DNA of 64,000 bases from Neoechinorhynchus agilis (Eukaryota > Animalia > Acanthocephala), in assembly GCA_051530055.1 (NCBI GenBank), contig CM121343.1:2450389-2514388 (forward strand). Reading direction: 5' to 3'. Shown piece by piece: positions 47,751-60,721 of the stretch. Position 1 is the stretch's first letter. Each line of letters begins with the position of its first letter. The notes beneath the pieces are model-generated. The model was not told where the DNA came from. It did no database searches and saw only the letters and a program-made list of their open reading frames with translations. The translations under genes and the position numbers were made by a program.

Positions 47751-48496
47751 ACGAAAGTGGTAAAGCCTCCAGATTATTAATTCTATTAAATTCTATTCTT
47801 GTGTCGAATATTCGTTAGCTGAACCTTCGTCATTTCATAAACCGTTATTGCAGCAAACTCTTGGATTGATGTGTAAATATTTACGAAAGTGGTAAAGCCT
47901 CCAGATTATTAATTCTATTAAATTCTATTCTTGTGTCGAATATTCGTTAGCTGAACCTTCGTCATTTCTTAAACCGTTATTGCAGCAAACTCCAGGATTG
48001 ATGTGTAAATATTTACGAAAGTGGTAAAGCCTCCAGATTATTAATTCTATTAAATTCTATTCTTGTGTCGAATATTCGTTAGCTGAACCTTCGTCATTTC
48101 ATAAACCGTTATTGCAGCAAACTCTTGGATTGATGTGTAAATATTTACGAAAGTGGTAAAGCCTCCAGATTATTAATTCTATTAAATTCTATTCTTGTGT
48201 CGAATATTCGTTAGCTGAACCTTCGTCATTTCTTAAACCGTTATTGCAGCAAACTCGGATTGATGTGTAAATATTTACGAAAGTGGTAAAGCCTGTTTTT
48301 TTTTTTTTTGGGTGTTGTGTTTTTTGGGGTGGGAATTCTATTAAATCTATTCTTGTGTCGAATATTCGTTAGCTGAACCTTCGTCATTTCTTAAACCGTT
48401 ATTGCAGCAAACTCTTGGATTGATGTGTAAATATTTACGAAAGTGGTAAAGCCTCCAGATTATTAATTATCTATAATTCCATTCTTGTGGCGAATA
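47669..48496. repeat. Tandem array, ~6 x 132 bp
   Basis: GGATTGATGTGTAAAT occurs at 47731, 47863, 47995, 48127, 48257 and 48417. Confidence 0.96.
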
Positions 48497-49536
48497 ATAA
48501 GAATGCTTTAACCAAAGTTGTTTTTTAGTCCATGGTCCACCCAAACTGCATTATGCTTTCTCTCAAGCAGTAGCATTTTATCTAAGGTTATTGAATCCAA
48601 TTTAAACCCAGAGATCCGTATTTACGTTTACTCCATAAAAACGCGGCCAATTTGACAGTCGGGGACTTCTCAATCCCAATTTTAGAACCTCGAGGAAGCC
48701 ATTTGGCACTTCAAGGCGTAATTCCTTGCTCACCAGCGGAAATGCGGGTTTCTTGTCATGCAAAGGCTACATTGTGGGGATCGATGATATTTTTGCATTT
48801 ATTGAAAACAACAATCTGAATACGATTGGACTTTATGTCTAAGAACCATTTCAGGGATCACAATCGAATGGTTTTCAGACTTTTAATAGCGACGGCAACG
48901 GGTTTTTATAAATAGAACTTATCAACAACAAAATAGGGCATATAATACCAAGCAGTATTTTTCAAATGAAAAGGTTTTTAAAAATAGCCATACTTTCTAA
49001 TAAAATCTAAAAATAAGTTATATTTTATCTTTTCACTTGAGAGTCTTCATCAAATTGATTGTTTCGAATAAATATGAGAAATGTCACGCAATGGTACGAC
49101 TTTTTAGAAGATTAATTCCATTATTCAAAATGGCAATAGACTATGTAAAAACTGAATTTCTTATAGTTTTTAAACACGGATAAAAGCGATTTATTAATGC
49201 ACGGTGAGGACAACATGAAGCACCTAAGGGAAGCTACCGCTGCCTCAGATCCTAAGCGAAAAAACTTACAGGCGTAAAAGACACCAGCGGTGTATTTGGC
49301 GGAATGAGACACGCTCTTGGAGCACGACACAGAAAGCGGATGAAGACGTCCATGTTCGTCTCCAACTGCAAATCCAAATGGATTAAGACGAGATTGAAGC
49401 TTCAGCCAGTCTTCTGTCTAAGAGGAGCACCAAAATAGGAGAGTAATTTAGAAGGAATGTCTATAGCAGGCAGTATTTATTGGTTTTTTTCGCCTTCTGA
49501 ACAGCTTCCTAATTTAAGAGGAAATACATAGGGAAG

Positions 49537-50024
49537 ATGAAAAGAATTTCGCACCACTCGGCACATTTGGAATTTGCCAAATTTCATCATTATCGCAAAG
49601 ATGAGCACATCTCAAACGTTGCAGCTCTGTTCAAATACAAAACTCATAACGACTTCATAATTCTAAGGAACGGGAAGTCCGAAAACGCAATAAATTCGTG
49701 TGGATTGATCAGTTGCCTGACAACCGTAGTTCAAGCAAAGATTGCGACATTTTTGTTTCAATCAAAGCTCGTATGTCTCATTCCTTCAACATAGACTGCA
49801 ACGAATGTAACGAACATTGGGAATTCAGAAAACGCGATATATTTCGCTATATCAGCATCTTGTTACCATTATTGATTGTGATGTTAACAGTTTTGATTAG
49901 AGGTTGCAAGAGTTACAAACGCGAAAAAGAACGTGAATTATATGAACGGAAGTTACAATTGGCTACAGAAGTGATCGCTAGCAGAGGATTCATCGGAGAC
50001 GTTGTTTTCAATTGTTCGCATTGA
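49537..50024 (+). CDS. Possible frameshifted single-pass membrane protein
   Basis: Two overlapping frames; the second has Cys pairs, a hydrophobic ISILLPLLIVMLTVLI segment and a basic stop-transfer region. Confidence 0.3.
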
Positions 50025-50119
50025 AGCTGATATGAAATTCTCTTATTTCGTGTGAATGTGTGGAAGCACTGATTTTAGATCTATGAATCTATCTCAGGAG
50101 ATGTGGTGATCATAATCCC

Positions 50120-50158
50120 GAAACTATTTCGCGAGGAAGCCTCGCTTCAACAGTCGTT
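50120..50158 (-). ncRNA. Decayed hammerhead relic
   Basis: CTGTTGA-A-GCGAGG(CTT)CCTCGC-GAAA. Stem II arms are the same as at 36538-36587, but the core A6 is changed to U. Confidence 0.5.
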
Positions 50159-50631
50159 GCTTGAAGGAAGAGATTATAAAATGGCTTCCTAGTAAAATAT
50201 TTCCATAAAAAATTTTTCGGGGGAAAATGATCTCAACATCTTCAACTCTATCATTCCGAAATGATTTAAAATGATTCCATCAGAAGAATAACCGTATAAA
50301 AATGGACTCAATTTTGAGAAGCGTAAGACCTCGGTTGCCGGAAGGATTACTAGATCCGGGATAGCCTTTTTATTAGTGGATAGGAATTAAATGTATGCAA
50401 AATCGTTAAAAATAATCAGACACTTCGGCATCGGAATTTAAAACGAGATTGCCTTTAAAAAAGAGTGAACTTGTGTTTCACAATCAATCGTTTTTGAAAC
50501 GTTAGAGAAAAAGTGGTGTAGATTTCGACCGAATTTAAAACGCAAATCATGCGTCGCTGGATTTAAAAATTATACTTCTTAAGCGAAGTTAGAACTAAAA
50601 AATTTAAATTTGAGAACATCGAGTAAAAATA

Positions 50632-51872
50632 AACGCGTTTTTAAATAAAACAGGACCATAACTTTGATTTCCGGACACAGAGCTAATCAACCCTACGAAC
50701 TTAAGAATAGATTTGAATTTTTTTAATTCTCCGCAATGAGTGACTCAATTCAACTGCTATAGAAATGTTATACTCGTTTTTACAAAGACGGTCTTATTTT
50801 AGTCCTAAAAAGCTTACAAGGAAATGATTTAGAATAAGTGAAATCACATTCGCAATCGGGATTGATGGACCTTTTCCCGATTGGAATTCATTGGCGTCGC
50901 GAAAACTTTTCTTGAGAAAATCTTTGATGGTAGTCACTAAAATTTTAAACATGATGAACGCGTTTTTAAATAAAACAGGACCATAACTTTGATTTCCGGA
51001 CACAGAGCTAATCAATCCTACGAACTTAAGAATAGATTTGAATTTTTTTAATTCTCCGCAATGAGTGACTCAATTCAACTGCTATAGAAATGTTATACTC
51101 GTTTTTACAAAGACGGTCTTATTTTAGTCCTAAAAAGCTTACAAGGAAATGATTTAGAATAAGTGAAATCACATTCGCAATCGGGATTGATGGACCTTTT
51201 CCCGATTGGAATTCATTGGCGTCGCGAAAACTTTCCTTGAGAAAATCTTTGATTGTAGTCACTAAAATTTTAAACAAGATGAACGCGTTTTTAAATAAAA
51301 CAGGACCATAACTTTGATTTCCGGACACAGAGCTAATCAACCCTACGAACTTAAGAATAGATTTGAATTTTTTTACTTGTCCGCAATGAGTGACTCAATT
51401 CAACTGCTATAGAAATGTTATACTCGTTTTTATAGAGACGGTCTTATTTTAGTCCTAAAAAGCTTACAAGGAAATGATTTAGAATAAGTGAAATCACATT
51501 CGCAATCGGGATTGATGGGCCATTTCCCGATTGGAATTCATTGGCGTCGCGAAAACTTTTCTTGAGAAAATCTTTGATTGTAGTCACTAAAATTTTAAAC
51601 ATGATGAACGCGTTTTTAAATAAAACAGGACCATAACTTTGATTTCCGGACACAGAGCTAATCAACCCTACGAACTTAAGAATAGATTTGAATTTTTTAA
51701 TTCTCCGCAATGAGTGACTCAATTCAACTGCTATAGAAATGTTATACTCGTTTTTATAAAGACGGTCTTATTTTAGTCCTAAAAAGCTTACAAGGAAATG
51801 ATTTAGAATAAGTGAAATCACATTCGCAATCGGGATTGATGGACCTTTTCCCGATTGGAATTCATTGGCGTC
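50632..51872. repeat. Tandem array, ~3.8 x 325 bp, directly upstream of dlg
   Basis: AACGCGTTTTTAAATAAAACAGGACC recurs at 50632 and 50957 and at the same spacing after that; repeated ORFs end at 50794, 51119, 51444 and 51768. Confidence 0.97.
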
Positions 51873-52008
51873 TCTAAAACTGAGAAAATCTCCAAACTTT
51901 TTCATGATGGCAATCATCACACCGTTCGATTGTGTGATCGGAAAGAATCGTAAGACGCTATAGGGATCTCGCACGTGTGACTTTCGTTTTAGACAGAGAG
52001 ATTGGCTA

Positions 52009-55000
52009 ATGAGTTCGTTTGTCGGTAACGTCAGTGGGGGTGGTGGATTGGATGACAATGAGGAGTTCTCTGAACCCAGAAAGGCGATGGCAGCTCTTGA
52101 ACTCCTAGAGGAGCACTACCAGAGTTTAATAGGTCCTGATAACGATGATCTTCGGTCTGCTATCGATCGTTTGACGTCAGTTTTTAAACGGCGGTTGTTT
52201 AAGGCCCTTCTTGACATTCGGATTTATTGTGAGACGATATTGCAGGATCCTGGATGTGATCGGAGCAGTAAGACTGCAAGAGCGCACGAGTTAGCTGATA
52301 AATGGGAGCGGTTATGTCCAATGCAAGCTACAGCTCATAGCACCGTACCGGTTTCTTCTATGAAGTCAGCGGAATGTCTAGTTAGAAATCAGAACACTGA
52401 TCTTTACAGTGGACTCGAGGAATGCGAGTTTATAGGCGATGATCCCAGTACGGTCTCAGCTAAGGACTATGCGGATCATTGGATGATCGAAGATGTAATT
52501 CTAAACCGAGAAGCAATGCAAAGATCAATATCTTCTTCTTCTACCTTGAGTTCTTCAGGGCTTGGGTTTAGCATAGCAGGTGGAGTCGATGCTCCTTGTA
52601 TACCAACGGATAATTCCATATTTATAACGCGCATCACACCGCAAGGCTTGGCTCACCACGATGGACGCCTTAGAATGCACGATATTATTTTGAGGGTAAA
52701 CAATGTGAGTTTTATCAATATAACCCACTCGAATGCGGTTGAGACACTGAAAAGATCGGGAGGTGCCGTGAGTTTGCAAGTTAAGCGTCTTGCGCCTCCA
52801 AATGTGGAACAAATCACTTTGAGTAAAGATGCGTGCCGCCAAGTAATGGCCTTCGAGCACATCCATCGCCACTATCATCACGTCGAATCTCTTAGCATGG
52901 AAATGATGGGTTTCTGGATTCATGGTGGCATAAACAGCGAAGTATTTCCTGGTGATCATGGAGTTTTCGTCCAAAAAATTAAAAAAAAGAGCAGTGTAGA
53001 TATGGACGGAAGGTTGAAGCTCGGAGATAGGCTGCTAATGGTCCAAACCGACAAAAACGACTACGACCTCACCTTTGTTGATTTTAATCAAGCTGTTGAA
53101 TTCGTCAATCAGGCTTTGAACGAGATCAGTGACACTGTGACTCTGGTGGTGGGACATATTACGAACGCTAAACGAATTGCTCATGACGATACCAGTGGAG
53201 GTGGGAAATTTATTTCTTCTGTTAGCCATGGTGTGCGAGCTGCGCCTGTGCCGCCTGGAGGTGTAAGACGAATTCAACTAGAGAGAAGTCGTGGCGGTGG
53301 GTTCGGTTTCAATATTGTCGGCGGAGATGGCGGTGAGGGGATATTTGTGAGCTTGGTTCTACCTGGTGGAGCTGCTGATCTTAATGGTAAACTGCGCCGT
53401 GGTGACCAAATCCTGTCTGTTAACAATATCGACCTACGATTCGCTACACACGAGGATGCAGCTCTCACGCTCCGTAATGCCGGTCCCAGTGCGCTAATTA
53501 CGGTAAAGTATTGCCCCAATCAACTTTACTCGTTTGACGATAGAACCAGTGTTTGCGATGAAGATGATTTCATCAGATCGAATGACCAGTGGCAAAGGCA
53601 CAATGGTAGTTTGACCGGTGGATTGATGGGTCATCACAAAGCACCCGCGCCCTCTTCTCATCATTCGACGCTGGTCGGAACCAATAGGCGTCGCCGTCAG
53701 TTCTACATTCGCACTCATTTTGACTATGATGCTTTCAAAGACAGTGGCTTGCCTGGCCGCGGCCTTAATTTTCGAAGAGGAAATATCCTCCATGTCACTA
53801 ACGCTGCTGATGATGATTGGTGGCAAGCCCGGCATGTCGATGCGCTAACCGGAGTCGAGGACGATCATGTGGGGATAATTCCCAGTAGAAAAAGGGTTGA
53901 GCGAAAAGAACGAGCTAGCCTTAAAAAGGTAAATTTTTCCAAGTCCACTGGGGGGAAAAAAGTATGGAAAGGAAAATGTCTTCTTCGATGGGACGAGTTG
54001 GACTAAGACATTTGCCTTTTCAAAGGACCAATAAATCTTCGCAGTATGTCACCCAGTGGAATAGGCGCTTTGGAACGAAGGAAAAAGAAAAGGTTTGGAA
54101 TCTTCGGAAAGGATAAAAAAGAGATCCATTCTGGCGATGAAAGTGAATCTAACGACGCTCAAGATGGATGCTCCAGTAACACCACACTTACAGTACCCGA
54201 TGAACATCCAGTCATTTACGAGTACGTGAGTCGTGTTGATCTACAGTATACACGCCCAGTGGTGGTCCAAGGTTCGATGAAGGAAGAGATCAATGAGTAT
54301 TTGATTCAAGAGATGCCTGATTTGTTCGAAGTTTGTGTTCCGCACACGTCGAGGCCGAAAAACGATAATGAGGTGGACGGTAAGGATTACATTTTTGTTA
54401 GCCAAGAGGAAATGGAATGCTTTGCTAAAAACAATCAATTTATTGAATGTGGCGCCTATGATGGAAATATGTATGGCACAAGCATCGAATCCATTAAGGC
54501 CGTCGCTAACGAGGTACAATACCTAAATTGTATGCACAAATGTCCACTTTATCGCTATTTCAATCCATTTGGCGTTTCAGCTGCGTTCAAATGTATCCCG
54601 TATACTTGACGCACAAGTAGATAATTTAACATCGGCACTTTTTGGTTGCAAATCCGAATCCATTCGTTTTGTTCTAATCATCACTTCATCATTTGACCAT
54701 TATTTTTACATTCACTTTGAATGTTATTTGCAAATACACGGCTGCCAAGCCAAAATACATAAAAAAATTGAGTGATAGGTTTTCGGATTTGAAATTCGCC
54801 ATTTCGTCGACAACTAAATGCGATATGCATTTCTCTTTATTTTATCTCAGATTGAATATTTGATTGAAACGCTTTCGTCAAAATTCATTTTGTTAGAAGT
54901 GGACATTGTAGGCGACAATTCTAATATCTATAACGGAATCAATTTTCCTCGACGACTTATAATTTGAAGGGAAAGCACTGCGTACTGGACGTCAGTGCGG

Positions 55001-55398
55001 TCGCAATCGTAAGGTTGCAGGAATCGAACCTGCATCCAATCGCCGTGCTAATCCGGGCCAAATCTCCTATGAACATACAGTTAGTAGCGAAGCAATGGTT
55101 TAGTGGGCGTATTTGAAATTGTTCATCTTTTAGAGCTTGGAGTGCTGGAGCGAAAGCAAAAGTGTCAATGGAAAGATGTCAGCTTCTGTTTGAGCAAAAC
55201 CTCAAATTAGAACGCGAATTTGGTTCATATTTCACAGGTTTGGCTATTGCTTGTGACTGTTATCTGTATCGTTTTTAAGACATTGCCGAGGCTGACACAT
55301 TTAATGAACTTCTTGACAGAGTGAAAGCAATTATTGTACAAAATTCAGGACGTAAAATATGGCTACCCGTACCAAATCCTGTTGACGAATGGTTTTAA
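52009..55398 (+). CDS. dlg1: Discs large MAGUK (L27-PDZ1-PDZ2-PDZ3-SH3-HOOK-GK), 5-exon model, about 929 aa
   Basis: L27 (ALELLEEH...LFKALLDI), GLGFSIAGG, GFGFNIVGG, SH3 (YIRTHFDYD...DDDWWQAR), GK (CVPHTSRP...YGTSIES; GKHCVLDVS; IWLP). Introns at 53997-54044 (best guess), 54514-54969, 55080-55133 and 55238-55279; stop TAA at 55396. Confidence 0.95.
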
Positions 55399-55759
55399 GT
55401 AATCGTCGCAAGGGACGTTGTGAAGAGTATGAAATCAACAATCTTTAAATCGTTTCACCTTATATGAGCATTATTTCGATCTCCCATGAATAAGAAGGCC
55501 ATTCCGCGTGTGTAGTAAATGAAATTTTACAAGGTGTTTCCAGTTACTTTTTTCAGTTATTTTTTCACTGGAGGTAAATTGTATTTTAAAAATACGTTTA
55601 CTGGTGTGGGGGGGAGTGTATATTCGCACAGTCATACTTTCGCTTAAACGTTTTTATTTCTGATACAAGCATAGTATTGTAACAATCTCGGTAAAGCTAA
55701 GTCTAAACGCGCGGCACATCCACTCTCTGGCTTCTTATCTTCACAATCGCCAACAATAC

Positions 55760-56560
55760 ATTCATTGCAGGGCAACCTCCTCGACACCAAAGGCTTTCCT
55801 CAAGGTGCCTTCCTGACACCACTTCTTTCTAATATTTTCTTAGACAAACTTAAACCTCACTCACGTCTCACCCTAAAAATTTTTATGTCGACGATCTCAC
55901 TCTCACTTCTTAATCACCCACCCATTTCTCCCTCTCCTTAACATCTTACGATATCATCCACATCAAAGATTTCTGCACCAATCACAAAATCTATCTGAAC
56001 TTCTCAAAATGCTTCGAAATGATCCCCACAATCTCCCGTAACCCCAAATCCTACTCCGATCTTTCAAAAAGATCCAACAATACGCCTCGCAGAATTCTGG
56101 GTCTCCAATTTCAATCAAATCTTAAATAGGACCTCCCATGCGGTTATCCCGCCTTTTACAACCTGTCCAAGTCACAAATCCGTCGCCCTGAAACGTTTCA
56201 TAGAAGCCCTCTGTCACCTAATAACTTTATGAGATTTTCAACAAACAATCAAAACACTCAAAACTACCACCGCAATTTTTACCACATTTTATTCCCACTT
56301 TCACGAGAGCACAACATTCGCAATCACAATTCCTTTCATCATTTTACAGTGCGCCCAATTAAAATTATCGGCCGTAGAAAAGGCCTCACTTCAACACAGA
56401 ATAAATTTAATCGGCAAGTCAGAAATAAGCATAAATTTATCCAATAATCGGTCCAAAATTAAAACTGGCAGAGTTTGTACATTCCATAATTGTGCCCATA
56501 CGGTCTAATGGAATTGAACTCCGAATCTCTGTTTCGGAGCACCGATGACGTAGAACCAAA
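55760..56560 (+). mobile_element. Decayed LINE RT (C-terminal half)
   Basis: GFPQGAFLTPLL, FYVDDLTL and thumb-like remnants. Confidence 0.7.
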
Positions 56561-58163
56561 GGGGACGAAATACCGCTGAAGGAAGGAAACCCACCGATGG
56601 TCCCGCCTCTTGGACATATCTGAGATTCCGAAGGAATGTTAAATACTCAAAACCGTATGGTCCAAGATATTAAATGGAATTATGTACTTCCTTGGACCAC
56701 ATCGGTGATCTGTGTGTCCAATCCAAATTATCGGCCCTGGAAAAGGCCTCATTTCAACACAGAATTAAGAGTTACAGTCTCACAAAATGGTCTCACCTTT
56801 TTCGATGTTCAGAAAAAAGACCTTTTCGTCTGAATGTTTAGAGATTTGAAAATAAAATGCATTGATCAGTAGAGGAGGGTAACATTTTTGGTGTTTTATC
56901 CATTTCTTGAACTCAATTTGGATTATTTCAGAAAAAGTTATGAGGAAATTGGCGCATTACCCATTGAATATCTTCAAAGGCCCAATTCGACTGTTCATCT
57001 CACTTGGACGTGGCCGAAAAACTTTGTTGTGTGCAGAAATCCCACTGGGCAACATTTCCCCAAATGAAATCCTCATTAATTGATTTCAGCCTAATAATTT
57101 GCCAACGATGAGGTACTTGGGCGCACAATGCATCCGACGGCCCACCGGATTTCTTCTATGTTCAGGGCTCTGAGGATTAATTTCCTAAATACTTCTAAAA
57201 TAAACTACGTTAAATGCCGGCAAACCAAGCCAACTTTGAATTTAAATTTTTTTCGTTTGAATGAAGATTGATTAATAGGCTAAAGCGAGACGAAAATGCT
57301 GTATAGTTGAAATCTTTACTCAAACTTCCTCCAATGAAGGTCCTTCAAAGAAGCATCTCAATATCTTGGTTTTTTACTCTGAAGAAGTCTGAAAGATGAA
57401 TTAGTTAAATCTTTGAGTTTAAGGACGGAGCGTAGTCTTTACTAAGCGGTGTTTTCTCATTTCTACTTCGATTTGTAAATAAGCAATCGATTTCGTCGAA
57501 AAATTCTAAATGCTTTCATCAGTGCGATGAATGATTTTGAAGTCCAGGAAAGCCGAAAAGGTTGAAAAATAAAACCTAAAAATTGTTTTGGACACGAATA
57601 AACATATTTCCGTTACGTACTTACCTAGGAGGTTTCGTTCTCGTATAAAAGAACAAGGACAAAACAAGAGTGTCTTCCAAGGTTAATACGCACTCACAGG
57701 CGAAAAAACTTGAAAACAGTGAGTATTGGCGAAAGGCCAAAGCCCGATGACGACGAAGAATGCGATTGCATCTCAGAGGGCAATTAATAAAAAATAAAGA
57801 TAATCCGTTTGATGGTTTTAAAGTGGACGAGGGTTGTCGCATTCATCGGCGTTGTTTTCTCGGATTGCTTTAGTTTTTTTGGACCGGATCATTTTGCGAA
57901 ATTTAATTTTTTTCACTCGGTACAAAAAGTGCATTTGTGAGCAGTGTTTTAGTATTATCAAAAGTTTTATATTATTAATCGATCGGTAATTAAAAATCAG
58001 ACACGCGATTTTTTCCCAGCTGATTGATTGGCTGATCTCTAACGCATAAATTACCATTATCTCCTCGTACTTTCTTAAAGGTCTGAATTACATTTTCGTT
58101 ACATTATTAAATCTTTTTCATGTTTTTTTTGGATTCGTAGCTCTCAAGAGAGATTGATAATTG
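56382..58163 (-). repeat. Segmental duplication arm B (inverted copy of 30626-32389)
   Basis: Reverse-complement match with scattered substitutions and small indels. Confidence 0.95.
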
Positions 58164-58299
58164 ATTTCTTCATAAAATCATTAGCTTTTCTCGTATTATT
58201 TTGAATGTTTCTGGAGCTGAAATATTTTATTTGGCGGAGAAGGAAGGATGAAATGATTTCGAATTAAAATTTATTTAACAAAATGGGGTTTTGGTGTAT

Positions 58300-60721
58300 A
58301 TGAACTTTTGAAAGTTAAATGCGATGGATCGCTGATATGAGCATCTCGTTACTAAAAAGCGATTTAGATAGAGAGAAATCCTCCGTCGATCGGATGGATC
58401 CATTAATGGGGACTTTGTTGACGCCGCTGCTACGCGATATGCACAATATCTTCGGTGTGGTCGTAGTGTTGAAGTGCGGGAAGTTTCCAGGGCGCGAAAG
58501 TTTGGTTTTAAAATCAAGTTGAGGAAAAGTCCTAGACAATCTCTCTGTGCAAGTGCTGGGCAATCCTTCATTGTGGGAAAAGGTAGTGACGGAATGTTGA
58601 AATGGGGATTCAAGACTCCGTTTTAATTCGGGTCTTGCACCGCATTATTCCGCAGCGGCTTCGTAGAATGCTTTCTGGACAAAGGACAAACGGCGTTTGA
58701 CCAATCGGCCTGTTTGGGTAATATTCTCACTCTTCGTAGTGTAATAAGAGAAAAGCGGGCAGACAAGCAACCTCCCGCAGTAGCTGTGCTTGATATCAAG
58801 AGTGCTTTTGACACTGTTTCGCACAATGCTGTAGAGGAAACACTTCGTAGAAATTGATTCCCTGCGTATCTGCAAAGATACGTGATAAGCAAATACCATG
58901 GAAGTACTGCAAGGATCCGTTTGTCTAACGCCAAACCTTCAGAACCCATTAATTTCCTGAGAGGAGTAAAGCAAAGGGACCCCTCTCTCCTTTGCTGTTC
59001 GCGCTGTGTGTAAACGATCCACTGCATGAGATCCGGAAACTTGATACGGGGTTCCAGCTAAAGAAAGACACTCGCTTGTCCGGACCTCCAAACAATGATA
59101 GACACTCTTCACACTAAGCTCAAAGAATGCAAGCTTTTCTTGAGCCCTAATAAGTGTCAAACATACCATCATAGTTATAAAAGCTCTAAGCTCATGGTGG
59201 ACCGCGAATCTAAAATAAGGGTAAACGGCATAAGGCTAAAGGCCACCGTGGACGGGGACCCAGTAATATCCCTCGGGGCACTCCATGGAAGGAAACTACA
59301 GTGTAGGAAGGTTTTGATATTCTGGCGTCGCTTTTTGCTGCTACGGAGCGTGCCCAACTTACGCCAACTCAGGCCGCTCACTTGCTAAATGACTATGGGA
59401 TGCCATCCCTCATTGCCAAGCTTAAAGCATCCTGGGACGTATCGTCTACTTACTTGAGGCGTATCGACGATCAATTGAGATCAAAACTAAAGAAACTCCT
59501 TCAACTGTGGAGGAGTGTTAGCGATGGCGCCTTTTATCTGCCGCTCTCAAAAGGTGGGTTGGGATTTAGGTCCCTTCGCCATCAAGTACAAAGTACGAGG
59601 CTTCGAGCCGTGAGAGCAGTTCTTGATAAATTCGGAGACGTGATTGATCTCCGCAAGGAGATCGGCACAATTCGGGAGTATTTCGACATGTTTGGTGACA
59701 AGTGCGAACTGGATCAAATCTCTTCAAATACCTCATTTCAACAGCAATATTTGAAAAAGTGGATGGAGGAGACGACGCAATCGCATGGAATCGACTGCTT
59801 TACGAACGGAATGGTTGATCGAAGTCTCATAACTTTTCGCTATCGACAAGAGCGTCATCGTTCTTATATAGAGCACGTAAAGCTAAGATTCCAAATCTTG
59901 GAAGCAGGCTCCGTTTGAGCCGAATGGATGACCAGCGTGGTGGAGCATGTTTTTGCATTGTACCGCACCAGTTGAATCCTGTGCTCATGTACTAGACGGA
60001 TGCGATTACACTTCTACTGCAATGATCCGATGCCAAGATAAGGTGCGATCGCGTGTTGTGTGGACGTTGGCGAAGAGACCTGGAGCCAGATTTCATTGTA
60101 AGGTGCAAAACCGTTTTCATGAAGAAAGCAGCAATTTGCTTAAACCTGACCTCATATTGAGTGATAGGAATTCACGAAGGGTGTTCATTGCGGATATTGC
60201 AATTTACTATGAGACAGGTCGAGATCGTGCAGAAGTCGTAATGAAGGATAAAGAGGATAAGTACGCGTCCATTGTACCAGTAGTTACAAGAGAACTAAAC
60301 GTGCAGGAGAATGAATTCTCGACTATCAGTCCAGCAGTGGGATTCCGGGGAGACATTTAGCAACTCTATACTCCCCCGCCTGAAGCTCCTCTCCATTGGA
60401 CAGCGAACTGCACGGAATGTTGCAAATACCGCAGCCGAGCAGTCCTTGTTGGTATTCGCTGTTTTTTCGGGCAGACGGTGGTGCCAGAGGCAACAACGCT
60501 GAAATCGTGGAAACTACATGGGTCGTAGCTCCTGCAGGAATAGCAACAATGAAGAATTCTCAAAAAAGGGGGCAACAGCAAACGAATAAAAACCCAAACA
60601 ATAAAGGGCACTTCGAAATGGTGTACAACGGTATAAAAATAGAAAAGACTCAACTCTAAAAGACTGATCTTTTAATAACAACATTGTAAAGTGTTTGATA
60701 ACTGGGTAATAAATGCATGCC
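58300..60721 (+). mobile_element. R2 non-LTR retrotransposon, 5'-truncated and degenerate
   Basis: RT (VLDIKSAFDTVSH, RGVKQ(R)DP, FYLPLSKGGLGF), a CCHC finger (CTAPVESCAHVLDGC) and RLE (KPDLILSD...IADIAIYYE...KEDKY). The 3' end abuts TAGCCAAATG, the canonical R2 target junction in 28S rRNA. Confidence 0.9.

Noticed and set aside
48294-48333. Poly-T/G-rich stretch interrupting one 132-bp unit
   Set aside because: It replaces a short part of the unit with low-complexity sequence typical of a base-calling or consensus error, so it is probably an artefact.
47669-51872. Regular repeats as possible CRISPR arrays
   Set aside because: The units are contiguous with no unique spacers, the context is eukaryotic, and no cas genes are present.
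50794-52058. Four repeated minus-strand ORFs (MISSVSGNQSYGP...)
   Set aside because: They are by-products of the 325-bp array with no domain evidence.
27560-54519. Numerous antisense or alternate-frame ORFs overlapping the long genes
   Set aside because: They are shadows of genuine coding sequence on the opposite strand or frame.
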